A stretch of DNA of 64,000 bases, taken from the NCBI GenBank assembly GCA_964016885.1, contig OZ024744.1, forward strand, positions 13,640,001 to 13,704,000, given 5' to 3'. Shown here one piece after another: positions 14,381 through 27,700 of this stretch (position 1 is the first letter of the stretch; each line of letters begins with the position of its first letter). Made by a program: the position numbers and the translations under genes. The notes beneath the pieces are model-generated. The model made no database searches. It was not told where the DNA came from and saw only the letters and a list, made by a program, of their open reading frames with translations. Source of the DNA: Eledone cirrhosa. Taxonomy: Eukaryota.

Positions 14381-15360
14381 AATTGAGAGGTCACAACTCC
14401 AATACTATGCACATGGGGTTTGAAAGTCTCAGTAGATCAGAGTGTCACTCCAGTTAAAGCTACTCTCTAAATTGAGAGATTACAACTCAAATACTATGGA
14501 CATGGGGTTTCAATGTCTCAGTAGATCAGAGAGTCACTCCAGTTAAAGCTACTCTCTAAATTAAGAGATCACAACTCCTATACTATGGACATGGGGTTAG
14601 AATGTCTCAGTAGATCAGAGTGTCACTCCAGTTAAAGCCACTCTCTAAATTAAGAGATCACAACTCCTATACTATGGACATGGGGTTAGAATGTCTCAGT
14701 AGATCAGAGTGTCACTCCAGTTAAAGCCACTCTCTAAATTGAGAGATCACAACTCCCATACTATGGACATGTGGTTAGAATGTCTCAGTAGATCAGAGAG
14801 TCACTCCAGTTAAAGCCACTCTCTAAATTGAGAGATCACAACTCCCATACTATGGATATGTGGGTAGAATGTCTCAGCAGATCAGAGAGTCACTCCAGTT
14901 AAAGCCACACTCAAAATTGAGAGATCACAACTCCAATGCTATGGACATGTGGTTAGAATGTCTCAGTAGATCAGAGTGTCACTCCAGTTAAAACCACTCT
15001 CTAAATTGAGAGATCACAACTTCCATACTATGGACATGTGGTTAGAATGTCTCAGTAGACCAGAGATTCACTCTAGTTAAAGCTACTCTCTAAATTGAGA
15101 GATCACAACTCCCATACTATGGACATGGTGTTTGAATGTCTCAGTAGATCAGAGAGTCACTCCAGTTAAAGCTACTCTCTAAATTCTGAGATCACAACTC
15201 CAATACTATGGACATGGGGTTTGAATGTCTCAGTAGATCAGAGAGTCACTTCAGTTAAAGCTACTCTCTAAATTGAGAGATCACAACTCCAATACTATGG
15301 ACATGGGGTTTGAAAGTCTCAGTAGATCAGAGTGTCACTCCAGTTAAAGCTACTCTCTAA

Positions 15361-17870
15361 ATTGAGAGATTACAACTCCAATACTATGGACATGGGGTTT
15401 GAATGTCTCAGTAGATCAGAGAGTCACTCCAGTTAAAGCTACTCTCTAAATTGAGAGATCACAACTCCCATACTATGGACATGTGGTTAGAATGTCTCAG
15501 TAGATCAGAGAGTCACTCCAGTTAAAGCCACTCTCTAAATTGAAAGATCACAACTCCTATACTATGGACATGTGTTTAGAATGTCTCAGTAGATCAGAAA
15601 GTCACTCCAGTTAAAGCTACACTCTAAATTGAGAGATCACAGCTCCTATACTATGGACATGGGGTTAGAATGTCTCAGTAGATCAGAGTGTCACTCCAGT
15701 TAAAGCCACTCTCTAAATTGAGAAATCACAACTCCCATTCTATGGACATGTGGTTAGAATGTCTCAGTAGATCAGAGAGTCACTCCAGTTAAAGCCACTC
15801 TCTAAATTGAGAGATCACAACTCCAATACTATGGACATGTGGTTAGAATGTCTCAGTAGATTAGAGTGTCATTCCAGTTAAATCTACTCTCTAAATTGAG
15901 AGATCACAACTTCCATACTATGGACATGTGAGTAGAATGTCTCAGTAGATCAGAGAGTCACTCCAGTTAAAGCCACTAATTCTCTAAATTGAGAGATCAC
16001 AACTCCCATACTATGGACATGTGGTTAGAATGTCTCAGTAGATCAGAGAGTCACTCCAGTTAAAGCTACTCTCTAAATTGAGAGATCACAACTCCCATAC
16101 TATGGACATATGGTTAGAATGTCTCAGTAGATCAGAGAGTCACTCCAGTTAAAGCCACTCTCTAAATTGAGAGATCACAACTCCAATACTATGGACATGG
16201 GGTTTGAAAGTCTCAGTAGATTAGAGTGTCACTCCAGTTAAAGTTACTCTCTAAATTGAGAGATCACAACTCCAATACTATGGACATGGGGTTTGAATGT
16301 CTCAGTAGATCAGAGAGTGGCTCAAGTTAAAGCCACTCTCTAAATTGAGAGATCACAACTCCAATACTATGGATATGTGGTTAGAATGTCTCAGTAGATC
16401 AATGTCACTCCAGTTAAAGCTACTCTCTAAATTGAGAGATCACAACTCCCATACTATGGACATGTGTTTAGAATGTCTCATTAGATTAGAGTGTCAATCC
16501 AGTTAAAGCTACTCTCTAAATTGAGAGATCACAACTCCCATACTATGGACATGTGGGTAGAATGTCTCAGTAGATCAGAGAGTCACTCCAGTTAAAGCCA
16601 CTAATTCTCTAAATTGAGAGATCACAACTCCCATACTATGGACATGGGGTTTGAATGTCTCAGTAGATCAGAGAGTCACTCCAGTTAAAGCTACTCTCTA
16701 AATTGAGAGATCACAACTCCCATACTATGGACATGTGGTTAGAATGTCTCAGTAGATCAGAGAGTCACTCCAGTTAAAGCCACTCTCTAAATTGAAAGAT
16801 CACAACTCCTATACTATGGACATGTGTTTAGAATGTCTCAGTAGATCAGAAAGTCACTCCAGTTAAAGCTACACTCTAAATTGAGAGATCACAGCTCCTA
16901 TACTATGGACATGGGGTTAGAATGTCTCAGTAGATCAGAGTGTCACTCCAGTTAAAGCCACTCTCTAAATTGAGAAATCACAACTCCCATTCTATGGACA
17001 TGTGGTTAGAATGTCTCAGTAGATCAGAGAGTCACTCCAGTTAAAGCCACTCTCTAAATTGAGAGATCACAACTCCAATACTATGGACATGTGGTTAGAA
17101 TGTCTCAGTAGATTAGAGTGTCATTCCAGTTAAAGCTACTCTCTAAATTGAGAGATCACAACTTCCATACTATGGACATGTGAGTAGAATGTCTCAGTAG
17201 ATCAGAGAGTCACTCCAGTTAAAGCCACTAATTCTCTAAATTGAGAGATCACAACTCCCATACTATGGACATGTGGTTAGAATGTCTCAGTAGATCAGAG
17301 AGTCACTCTAGTTAAAGCTACTCTCTAAATTGAGAGATCACAACTCCCATACTATGGACATATGGTTAGAATGCCTCAGTAGATCAGAGAGTCACTCCAG
17401 TTAAAGCCACTCTCTAAATTGAGAGATCACAACTCCAATACTATGGACATGGGGTTTGAAAGTCTCAGTAGATTAGAGTGTCACTCCAGTTAAAGTTACT
17501 CTCTAAATTGAGAGATCACAACTCCAATACTATGGACATGGGGTTTGAATGTCTCAGTAGATCAGAGAGTGGCTCAAGTTAAAGCCACTCTCTAAATTGG
17601 GAGATCACAACTCCAATACTATGGATATGTGGTTAGAATGTCTCAGTAGATCAGTGTCACTCCAGTTAAAGCTACTCTCTAAATTGAGAGATCACAACTC
17701 CCATACTATGGACATGTGTTTAGAATGTCTCATTAGATTAGAGTGTCAATCCAGTTAAAGCTACTCTCTAAATTGAGAGATCACAACTCCCATACTATGG
17801 ACATGTGGGTAGAATGTCTCAGTAGATCAGAGAGTCACTCCAGTTAAAGCCACTAATTCTCTAAATTGAG
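15361..17870 (+). repeat. 14-monomer tandem duplication (1252 bp)
   Basis: GGCTCAAG marker has CTCAAG at 16321 and 17573 (1252 = 14x89+4+4-2). The CACAGCTCC, GAGAAATC..CCCATTC and GGACATATGG variants recur at the same spacing. Confidence 0.8.
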
Positions 17871-20800
17871 AGATCACAACTCCCATACTATGGACATGGG
17901 GTTTGAATGTCTCAGTAGATCAGAGAGTCACTCCTGTTAAAGCCACTAATTCTCTAAATTGAGAGATCACAACTCCCATACTATGGACATGGGGTTTGAA
18001 TGTCTCAGTAGATCAGAGATTCACTCCAGTTAAAGCAACTCTCTAAGTTGAGAGATCACAACTCCAATACTATGGTCATGGGGTTTGAATGTCTCAGTAG
18101 ATCAGAGAGTCACTCCAGTTAAAGCTACTCTCTAAATTGAGAGATCACAACTCCAATACTATGGACATGGGGTTTGAAAGTCTCAGTAGATCAGAGTGTC
18201 ACTCCAGTTAAAGCTACTCTCTAAATTGAGAGATTACAACTCAAATACTATGGACATGGGGTTAGAATGTCTCAGTAAATCAGAGAGTCACTCCAGTTAA
18301 AGCCACTCTCTAAATTGAGAGATCACTACTCCCATACTATGGACATGTGTTTAGAATGTCTCAGTAGATCAGAGAGTCAATCCAGGTAAAGCTACTCTCT
18401 AAATTGAGAGATCACATCTCCTATACTATGGACATGGGGTTAGAATGTCTCAGTAGATCAGAGTGTCACTCCAGTTAAAGCCACTCTCTAAATTGAGAGA
18501 TCACAACTCCCATACTATGGACATGTGGTTAGAATGTCTCAGTAGATCAGGGAGTCACTCCAGTTAAAGCCACTCTCTAAATTGAGAGATCACAACTCGC
18601 ATACTATGGATATGTGGTTAGAATGTCTCAGTAGATCAGAGAGTCACTCCAGTTAAAGCCACTCTCTAAATTGAGAGATCACAAATCCCATACTATGGAC
18701 ATGTGGTTAGAATGTCTCAGTAGATCAGAGAGTCACTCCAGTTAAAGCTACTCTCTAAATTGAGAGATCACAACTTCCATACTATGGACATGTGAGTAGA
18801 ATGTCTCAGTAGATCAGAGAGTCACTCCAGTTAAAGCCACTAATTCTCTAAATTGAGAGATCACAACTCCCATACTATGGACATGTGGTTAGAATGTCTC
18901 AGTAGATCAGAGAGTCACTCCAGTTAAAGCTACTCTCTAAATTGAGAGATCACAACTCACATACTATGGACATGTGGTTAGAATGTCTCAGTAGATCAGA
19001 GAGTCACTCCAGTGAAAGCCACTCTCTAAATTGAGAGATCACAACTCCAATACTATGGATATGGGGTTTGAAAGTCTCAGTAGATCAGAGAGTCACTCCA
19101 GTTAAAGCAACTCTCTAAGTTGAGAGAACACAACTCCAATACTATGGTCATGTGGTTAGAATGTCTCAGTAGATCAGAGAGTCACTCCAGTTAAAGCCAC
19201 TCTCTAAATTGAGAGATCACAACTCCCATACTATGGACATGTGGGTAGAATGTCTCAGTAGATCAGAGAGTCACTCCAGTTAAAGCCACTAATTCTCTAA
19301 ATTGAGAGATCACAACTCCCATACTATGGACATGGGGTTTGAATGTCTCAGTAGATCAGAGAGTCACTCCAGTTAAAGCTACTCTCTAAATTGAGAGATC
19401 ACAACTCCCATACTATGGACATGTGGTTAGAATGTCTCAGTAGATCAGAGAGTCACTCCAGTTAAAGCCACTCTCTAAATTGAAAGATCACAACTCCTAT
19501 ACTATGGACATGTGTTTAGAATGTCTCAGTAGATCAGAAAGTCACTCCAGTTAAAGCTACACTCTAAATTGAGAGATCACAGCTCCTATACTATGGACAT
19601 GGGGTTAGAATGTCTCAGTAGATCAGAGTGTCACTCCAGTTAAAGCCACTCTCTAAATTGAGAAATCACAACTCCCATTCTATGGACATGTGGTTAGAAT
19701 GTCTCAGTAGATCAGAGAGTCACTCCAGTTAAAGCCACTCTCTAAATTGAGAGATCACAACTCCAATACTATGGACATGTGGTTAGAATGTCTCAGTAGA
19801 TTAGAGTGTCATTCCAGTTAAAGCTACTCTCTAAATTGAGAGATCACAACTTCCATACTATGGACATGTGAGTAGAATGTCTCAGTAGATCAGAGAGTCA
19901 CTCCAGTTAAAGCCACTAATTCTCTAAATTGAGAGATCACAACTCCCATACTATGGACATGTGGTTAGAATGTCTCAGTAGATCAGAGAGTCACTCTAGT
20001 TAAAGCTACTCTCTAAATTGAGAGATCACAACTCCCATACTATGGACATATGGTTAGAATGTCTCAGTAGATCAGAGAGTCACTCCAGTTAAAGCCACTC
20101 TCTAAATTGAGAGATCACAACTCCAATACTATGGACATGGGGTTTGAAAGTCTCAGTAGATTAGAGTGTCACTCCAGTTAAAGTTACTCTCTAAATTGAG
20201 AGATCACAACTCCAATACTATGGACATGGGGTTTGAATGTCTCAGTAGATCAGAGAGTGGCTCAAGTTAAAGCCACTCTCTAAATTGGGAGATCACAACT
20301 CCAATACTATGGATATGTGGTTAGAATGTCTCAGTAGATCAGTGTCACTCCAGTTAAAGCTACTCTCTAAATTGAGAGATCACAACTCCCATACTATGGA
20401 CATGTGTTTAGAATGTCTCATTAGATTAGAGTGTCAATCCAGTTAAAGCTACTCTCTAAATTGAGAGATCACAACTCCCATACTATGGACATGTGGGTAG
20501 AATGTCTCAGTAGATCAGAGAGTCACTCCAGTTAAAGCCACTAATTCTCTAAATTGAGAGATCACAACTCCCATACTATGGACATGGGGTTTGAATGTCT
20601 CAGTAGATCAGAGAGTCACTCCTGTTAAAGCCACTAATTCTCTAAATTGAGAGATCACAACTCCCATACTATGGACATGGGGTTTGAATGTCTCAGTAGA
20701 TCAGAGATTCACTCCAGTTAAAGCAACTCTCTAAGTTGAGAGATCACAACTCCAATACTATGGTCATGGGGTTTGAATGTCTCAGTAGATCAGAGAGTCA

Positions 20801-23800
20801 CTCCAGTTAAAGCTACTCTCTAAATTGAGAGATCACAACTCCAATACTATGGACATGGGGTTTGAAAGTCTCAGTAGATCAGAGTGTCACTCCAGTTAAA
20901 GCTACTCTCTAAATTGAGAGATTACAACTCAAATACTATGGACATGGGGTTAGAATGTCTCAGTAAATCAGAGAGTCACTCCAGTTAAAGCCACTCTCTA
21001 AATTGAGAGATCACTACTCCCATACTATGGACATGTGTTTAGAATGTCTCAGTAGATCAGAGAGTCAATCCAGGTAAAGCTACTCTCTAAATTGAGAGAT
21101 CACATCTCCTATACTATGGACATGGGGTTAGAATGTCTCAGTAGATCAGAGTGTCACTCCAGTTAAAGCCACTCTCTAAATTGAGAGATCACAACTCGCA
21201 TACTATGGATATGTGGTTAGAATGTCTCAGTAGATCAGAGAGTCACTCCAATTAAAGCCACTCTCTAAATTGAGAGATCACAAATCCCATACTATGGACA
21301 TGTGGTTAGAATGTCTCAGTAGATCAGAGAGTCACTCCAGTTAAAGCTACTCTCTAAATTGAGAGATCACAACTTCCATACTATGGACATGTGAGTAGAA
21401 TGTCTCAGTAGATCAGAGAGTCACTCCAGTTAAAGCCACTAATTCTCTAAATTGAGAGATCACAACTCCCATACTATGGACATGTGGTTAGAATGTCTCA
21501 GTAGATCAGAGAGTCACTCCAGTTAAAGCTACTCTCTAAATTGAGAGATCACAACTCACATACTATGGACATGTGGTTAGAATGTCTCAGTAGATCAGAG
21601 AGTCACTCCAGTGAAAGCCACTCTCTAAATTGAGAGATCACAACTCCAATACTATGGATATGGGGTTTGAAAGTCTCAGTAGATCAGAGAGTCACTCCAG
21701 TTAAAGCAACTCTCTAAGTTGAGAGAACACAACTCCAATACTATGGTCATGTGGTTAGAATGTCTCAGTAGATCAGAGAGTCACTCCAGTTAAAGCCACT
21801 CTCTAAATTGAGAGATCACAACTCCCATACTATGGACATGTGGGTAGAATGTCTCAGTAGATCAGAGAGTCACTCCAGTTAAAGCCACTAATTCTCTAAA
21901 TTGAGAGATCACAACTCCCATACTATGGACATGGGGTTTGAATGTCTCAGTAGATCAGAGAGTCACTCCAGTTAAAGCTACTCTCTAAATTGAGCGATCA
22001 CAACTCCCATACTATGGACATGTGGTTAGAATGTCTCAGTAGATCAGAGAGTCACTCCAGTTAAAGCCACTCTCTAAATTGAAAGATCACAACTCCTATA
22101 CTATGGACATGTGTTTAGAATGTCTCAGTAGATCAGAAAGTCACTCCAGTTAAAGCTACACTCTAAATTGAGAGATCACAGCTCCTATACTATGGACATG
22201 GGGTTAGAATGTCTCAGTAGATCAGAGTGTCACTCCAGTTAAAGCCACTCTCTAAATTGAGAAATCACAACTCCCATTCTATGGACATGTGGTTAGAATG
22301 TCTCAGTAGATCAGAGAGTCACTCCAGTTAAAGCCACTCTCTAAATTGAGAGATCACAACTCCAATACTATGGACATGTGGTTAGAATGTCTCAGTAGAT
22401 TAGAGTGTCATTCCAGTTAAAGCTACTCTCTAAATTGAGAGATCACAACTTCCATACTATGGACATGTGAGTAGAATGTCTCAGTAGATCAGAGAGTCAC
22501 TCCAGTTAAAGCCACTAATTCTCTAAATTGAGAGATCACAACTCCCATACTATGGACATGTGGTTAGAATGTCTCAGTAGATCAGAGAGTCACTCTAGTT
22601 AAAGCTACTCTCTAAATTGAGAGATCACAACTCCCATACTATGGACATATGGTTAGAATGTCTCAGTAGATCAGAGAGTCACTCCAGTTAAAGCCACTCT
22701 CTAAATTGAGAGATCACAACTCCAATACTATGGACATGGGGTTTGAAAGTCTCAGTAGATTAGAGTGTCACTCCAGTTAAAGTTACTCTCTAAATTGAGA
22801 GATCACAACTCCAATACTATGGACATGGGGTTTGAATGTCTCAGTAGATCAGAGAGTGGCTCAAGTTAAAGCCACTCTCTAAATTGGGAGATCACAACTC
22901 CAATACTATGGATATGTGGTTAGAATGTCTCAGTAGATCAGTGTCACTCCAGTTAAAGCTACTCTCTAAATTGAGAGATCACAACTCCCATACTATGGAC
23001 ATGTGTTTAGAATGTCTCATTAGATTAGAGTGTCAATCCAGTTAAAGCTACTCTCTAAATTGAGAGATCACAACTCCCATACTATGGACATGTGGGTAGA
23101 ATGTCTCAGTAGATCAGAGAGTCACTCCAGTTAAAGCCACTAATTCTCTAAATTGAGAGATCACAACTCCCATACTATGGACATGGGGTTTGAATGTCTC
23201 AGTAGATCAGAGAGTCACTCCTGTTAAAGCCACTAATTCTCTAAATTGAGAGATCACAACTCCCATACTATGGACATGGGGTTTGAATGTCTCAGTAGAT
23301 CAGAGATTCACTCCAGTTAAAGCAACTCTCTAAGTTGAGAGATCACAACTCCAATACTATGGTCATGGGGTTTGAATGTCTCAGTAGATCAGAGAGTCAC
23401 TCCAGTTAAAGCTACTCTCTAAATTGAGAGATCACAACTCCAATACTATGGACATGGGGTTTGAAAGTCTCAGTAGATCAGAGTGTCACTCCAGTTAAAG
23501 CTACTCTCTAAATTGAGAGATTACAACTCAAATACTATGGACATGGGGTTAGAATGTCTCAGTAAATCAGAGAGTCACTCCAGTTAAAGCCACTCTCTAA
23601 ATTGAGAGATCACTACTCCCATACTATGGACATGTGTTTAGAATGTCTCAGTAGATCAGAGAGTCAATCCAGGTAAAGCTACTCTCTAAATTGAGAGATC
23701 ACATCTCCTATACTATGGACATGGGGTTAGAATGTCTCAGTAGATCAGAGTGTCACTCCAGTTAAAGCCACTCTCTAAATTGAGAGATCACAACTCGCAT

Positions 23801-24405
23801 ACTATGGATATGTGGTTAGAATGTCTCAGTAGATCAGAGAGTCACTCCAATTAAAGCCACTCTCTAAATTGAGAGATCACAAATCCCATACTATGGACAT
23901 GTGGTTAGAATGTCTCAGTAGATCAGAGAGTCACTCCAGTTAAAGCTACTCTCTAAATTGAGAGATCACAACTTCCATACTATGGACATGTGAGTAGAAT
24001 GTCTCAGTAGATCAGAGAGTCACTCCAGTTAAAGCCACTAATTCTCTAAATTGAGAGATCACAACTCCCATACTATGGACATGTGGTTAGAATGTCTCAG
24101 TAGATCAGAGAGTCACTCCAGTTAAAGCTACTCTCTAAATTGAGAGATCACAACTCACATACTATGGACATGTGGTTAGAATGTCTCAGTAGATCAGAGA
24201 GTCACTCCAGTGAAAGCCACTCTCTAAATTGAGAGATCACAACTCCAATACTATGGATATGGGGTTTGAAAGTCTCAGTAGATCAGAGAGTCACTCCAGT
24301 TAAAGCAACTCTCTAAGTTGAGAGAACACAACTCCAATACTATGGTCATGTGGTTAGAATGTCTCAGTAGATCAGAGAGTCACTCCAGTTAAAGCCACTC
24401 TCTAA
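16520..24405 (+). repeat. Higher-order repeat, three tandem copies (30-mer 2688 bp, 29-mer 2599 bp, 29-mer 2599 bp)
   Basis: Units start at 16520, 19208 and 21807 and the block ends at 24405. Markers are CTCAAG at 17573/20261/22860 and GAGAGAACAC at 19122/21721/24320. Confidence 0.92.
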
Positions 24406-27400
24406 ATTGAGAGATCACAACTCCAATAATATGGACATGGGGTTTGAATGTCTCAGTATATCAGAGTGTCACTCCAGTTAAAGTTACTCTCTAAATTGAG
24501 AGATCACAACTCCCATACTATGGACATGTGGTTAGAATGTCTCAGTAGATCAGAGAGTCACTCCAGTTAAAGCTACTCTCTAAATTGAGAGATCACAACT
24601 CCCATACTATGGACATGTGGTTAGAATGTCTCAGTAAATCAGAGAGTCACTCCAGTTAAAGCTACTCTCTAAATTGAGAGATCACAACTCCCAGACTATG
24701 GACATGTGGTTAGAATGTCTCAGTAAATCAGAGAGTCACTCCAGTTAAAGCCACTCTCTAAATTGAGAGATCACTACTCCCATACTATGGACATGTGTTT
24801 AGAATGTCTCAGTAGATCAGAGAGTCAATCCAGTTAAAGCTACTCTCTAAATTGAGAGATCACAACTCCTATACTATGGACATGGGGTTAGAATGTCTCA
24901 GTAGATCAGAGTGTCACTCCAGTTAAAGCCACTCTCTAAATTGAGAGATTACAACTCCCATACTATTGACATGTGGTTAGAATGTCTCAGTAGATCAGGG
25001 AGTCACTCCAGTTAAAACCACTCTCTAAATTGAGAGATCACAACTCGCATACTATGGACATGTGGTTAGAATGTCTCAGTAGATCAGAGAGTCACTCCAG
25101 TTAAAGCCACTCTCTAAATTGAGAGATCACAACTCCCATACTATGGATATGTGGGTAGAATGTCTCAGTAGATCAGAGAGTCACTCCAGTTAAAGCCACA
25201 CTCAAAATTGAGAGATCACAACTCCAATACTATGGACATGTGGTTAGAATGTCTCAGTAGATCAGAGTGTCACTCCAGTTAAAGCCACTCTCTAAATTGA
25301 GAGATCACAACTTCCATACTATGGACATGTGGTTAGAATGTCTCAGTAGATCAGAGAGTCACTCCAGTTAAAGCTACTCTCTAAATTCTGAGATCACAAC
25401 TCCAATACTATGGACATGGGGTTTGAATGTCTCAGTAGATCAGAGAGTCACTCCAGTTAAAGCTACTCTCTAAATTGAGAGATCACAACTCCAATACTAT
25501 GGACATGGGGTTTGAATGTCTCAGTAGATCAGAGTGTCACTCCAGTTAAAGCTACTCTCTAAATTGAGAGATTACAACTCCAATACTATGGACATGGGGT
25601 TTGAATGTCACAGTAGATCAGAGAGTCACTCCAGTTAAAGCTACTCTCTAAATTGAGAGATCACAACTCCCATACTATGGACATGTGGTTAGAATGTCTC
25701 AGTAGATCAGAGAGTCACTCCAGTTAAAGCTACTCTCTAAATTGAGAGATCACAACTCCCATACTATGGACATGTGGTTAGAATGTCTCAGTAAATCAGA
25801 GAGTCACTCCAGTTAAAGCCACTCTCTAAATTGAGAGATCACTACTCCCATACTATGGACATGTGTTTAGAATGTCTCAGTAGATCAGAGAGTCAATCCA
25901 GTTAAAGCTACTCTCTAAATTGAGAGATCACATCTCCTATACTATGGACATGGGGTTAGAATGTCTCAGTAGATCAGAGTGTCACTCCAGTTAAAGCCAC
26001 TCTCTAAATTGAGAGATCACAACTCCCATACTATGGACATGTGGTTAGAATGTCTCAGTAGATCAGAGAGTCACTCCAGTTAAAGCAACTCTCTAAGTTG
26101 AGAGATCACAACTCCAATACTATGGTCATGTGGTTAGAATGTCTCAGTAGATCAGGGAGTCACTCCAGTTAAAGCCACTCTCTAAATTGAGAGATCACAA
26201 CTCGCATACTATGGACATGTGGTTAGAATGTCTCAGTAGATCAGAGAGTCACTCCAGTTAAAGCCACTCTCTAAATTGAGAGATCACAAATCCCATACTA
26301 TGGACATGTGGTTAGAATGTCTCAGTAGATCAGAGAGTCACTCCAGTTAAAGCTACTCTCTAAATTGAGAGATCACAACTTCCATACTATGGACATGTGA
26401 GTAGAATGTCTCAGTAGATCAGAGAGTCACTCCAGTTAAAGCCACTAATTCTCTAAATTGAGAGATCACAACTCCCATACTATGGACATGTGGTTAGAAT
26501 GTCTCAGTAGATCAGAGAGTCACTCCAGTTAAAGCTACTCTCTAAATTGAGAGATCACAACTCCCATACTATGGACATGTGGTTAGAATGTCTCAGTAGA
26601 TCAGAGAGTCACTCCAGTGAAAGCCACTCTCTAAATTGAGAGATCACAACTCCAATAATATGGACATGGGGTTTGAATGTCTCAGTACATCAGAGTGTCA
26701 CTCCAGTTAAAGTTACTCTCTAAATTGAGAGATCACAACTCCCATACTATGGACATGTGGTTAGAATGTCTCAGTAGATCAGAGAGTCACTCCAGTTAAA
26801 GCTACTCTCTAAATTGAGAGATCACAACTCCAATACTATGGACATGTGGTTAGAATGTCTCAGTAAATCAGAGAGTCACTCCAGTTAAAGCTACTCTCTA
26901 AATTGAGAGATCACAACTCCCATACTATGGACATGTGGTTAGAATGTCTCAGTAAATCAGAGAGTCACTCCAGTTAAAGCCACTCTCTAAATTGAGAGAT
27001 CACTACTCCCATACTATGGACATGTGTTTAGAATGTCTCAGTAGATCAGAGAGTCAATCCAGTTAAAGCTACTCTCTAAATTGAGAGATCACAACTCCTA
27101 TACTATGGACATGGGGTTAGAATGTCTCAGTAGATCAGAGTGTCACTCCAGTTAAAGCCACTCTCTAAATTGAGAGATCACAACTCCCATACTATGGACG
27201 TGTGGTTAGAATGTCTCAGTACATCAGGGAGTCACTCCAGTTAAAACCACTCTCTAAATTGAGAGATCACAACTCGCATACTATGGACATGTGGTTAGAA
27301 TGTCTCAGTAGATCAGAGAGTCACTCCAGTTAAAGCCACTCTCTAAATTGAGAGATCACAACTTCCATACTATGGACATGTGGTTAGAATGTCTCAGTAG

Positions 27401-27700
27401 ATCAGAGAGTCACTCCAGTTAAAGCTACTCTCTAAATTCTGAGATCACAACTCCAATACTATGGACATGGGGTTTGAATGTCTCAGTAGATCAGAGAGTC
27501 ACTCCAGTTAAAGCTACTCTCTAAATTGAGAGATCACAACTCCAATACTATGGACATGGGGTTTGAAAGTCTCAGTAGATCAGAGTGTCACTCCAGTTAA
27601 AGCTACTCTCTAAATTGAGAGATTACAACTCCAATACTATGGACATGGGGTTTGAATGTCTCAGTAGATCAGAGAGTCACTCCAGTTAAAGCTACTCTCT
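24406..27700 (+). repeat. Partial higher-order duplication with 25-monomer offset
   Basis: CACTACTCCC at 24772/27001 and GTTAAAACCA at 25011/27240 give offset 2229 (25x89+4). The downstream ATTCTGAG marker offset drops to 2051, two monomers fewer. Confidence 0.75.
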
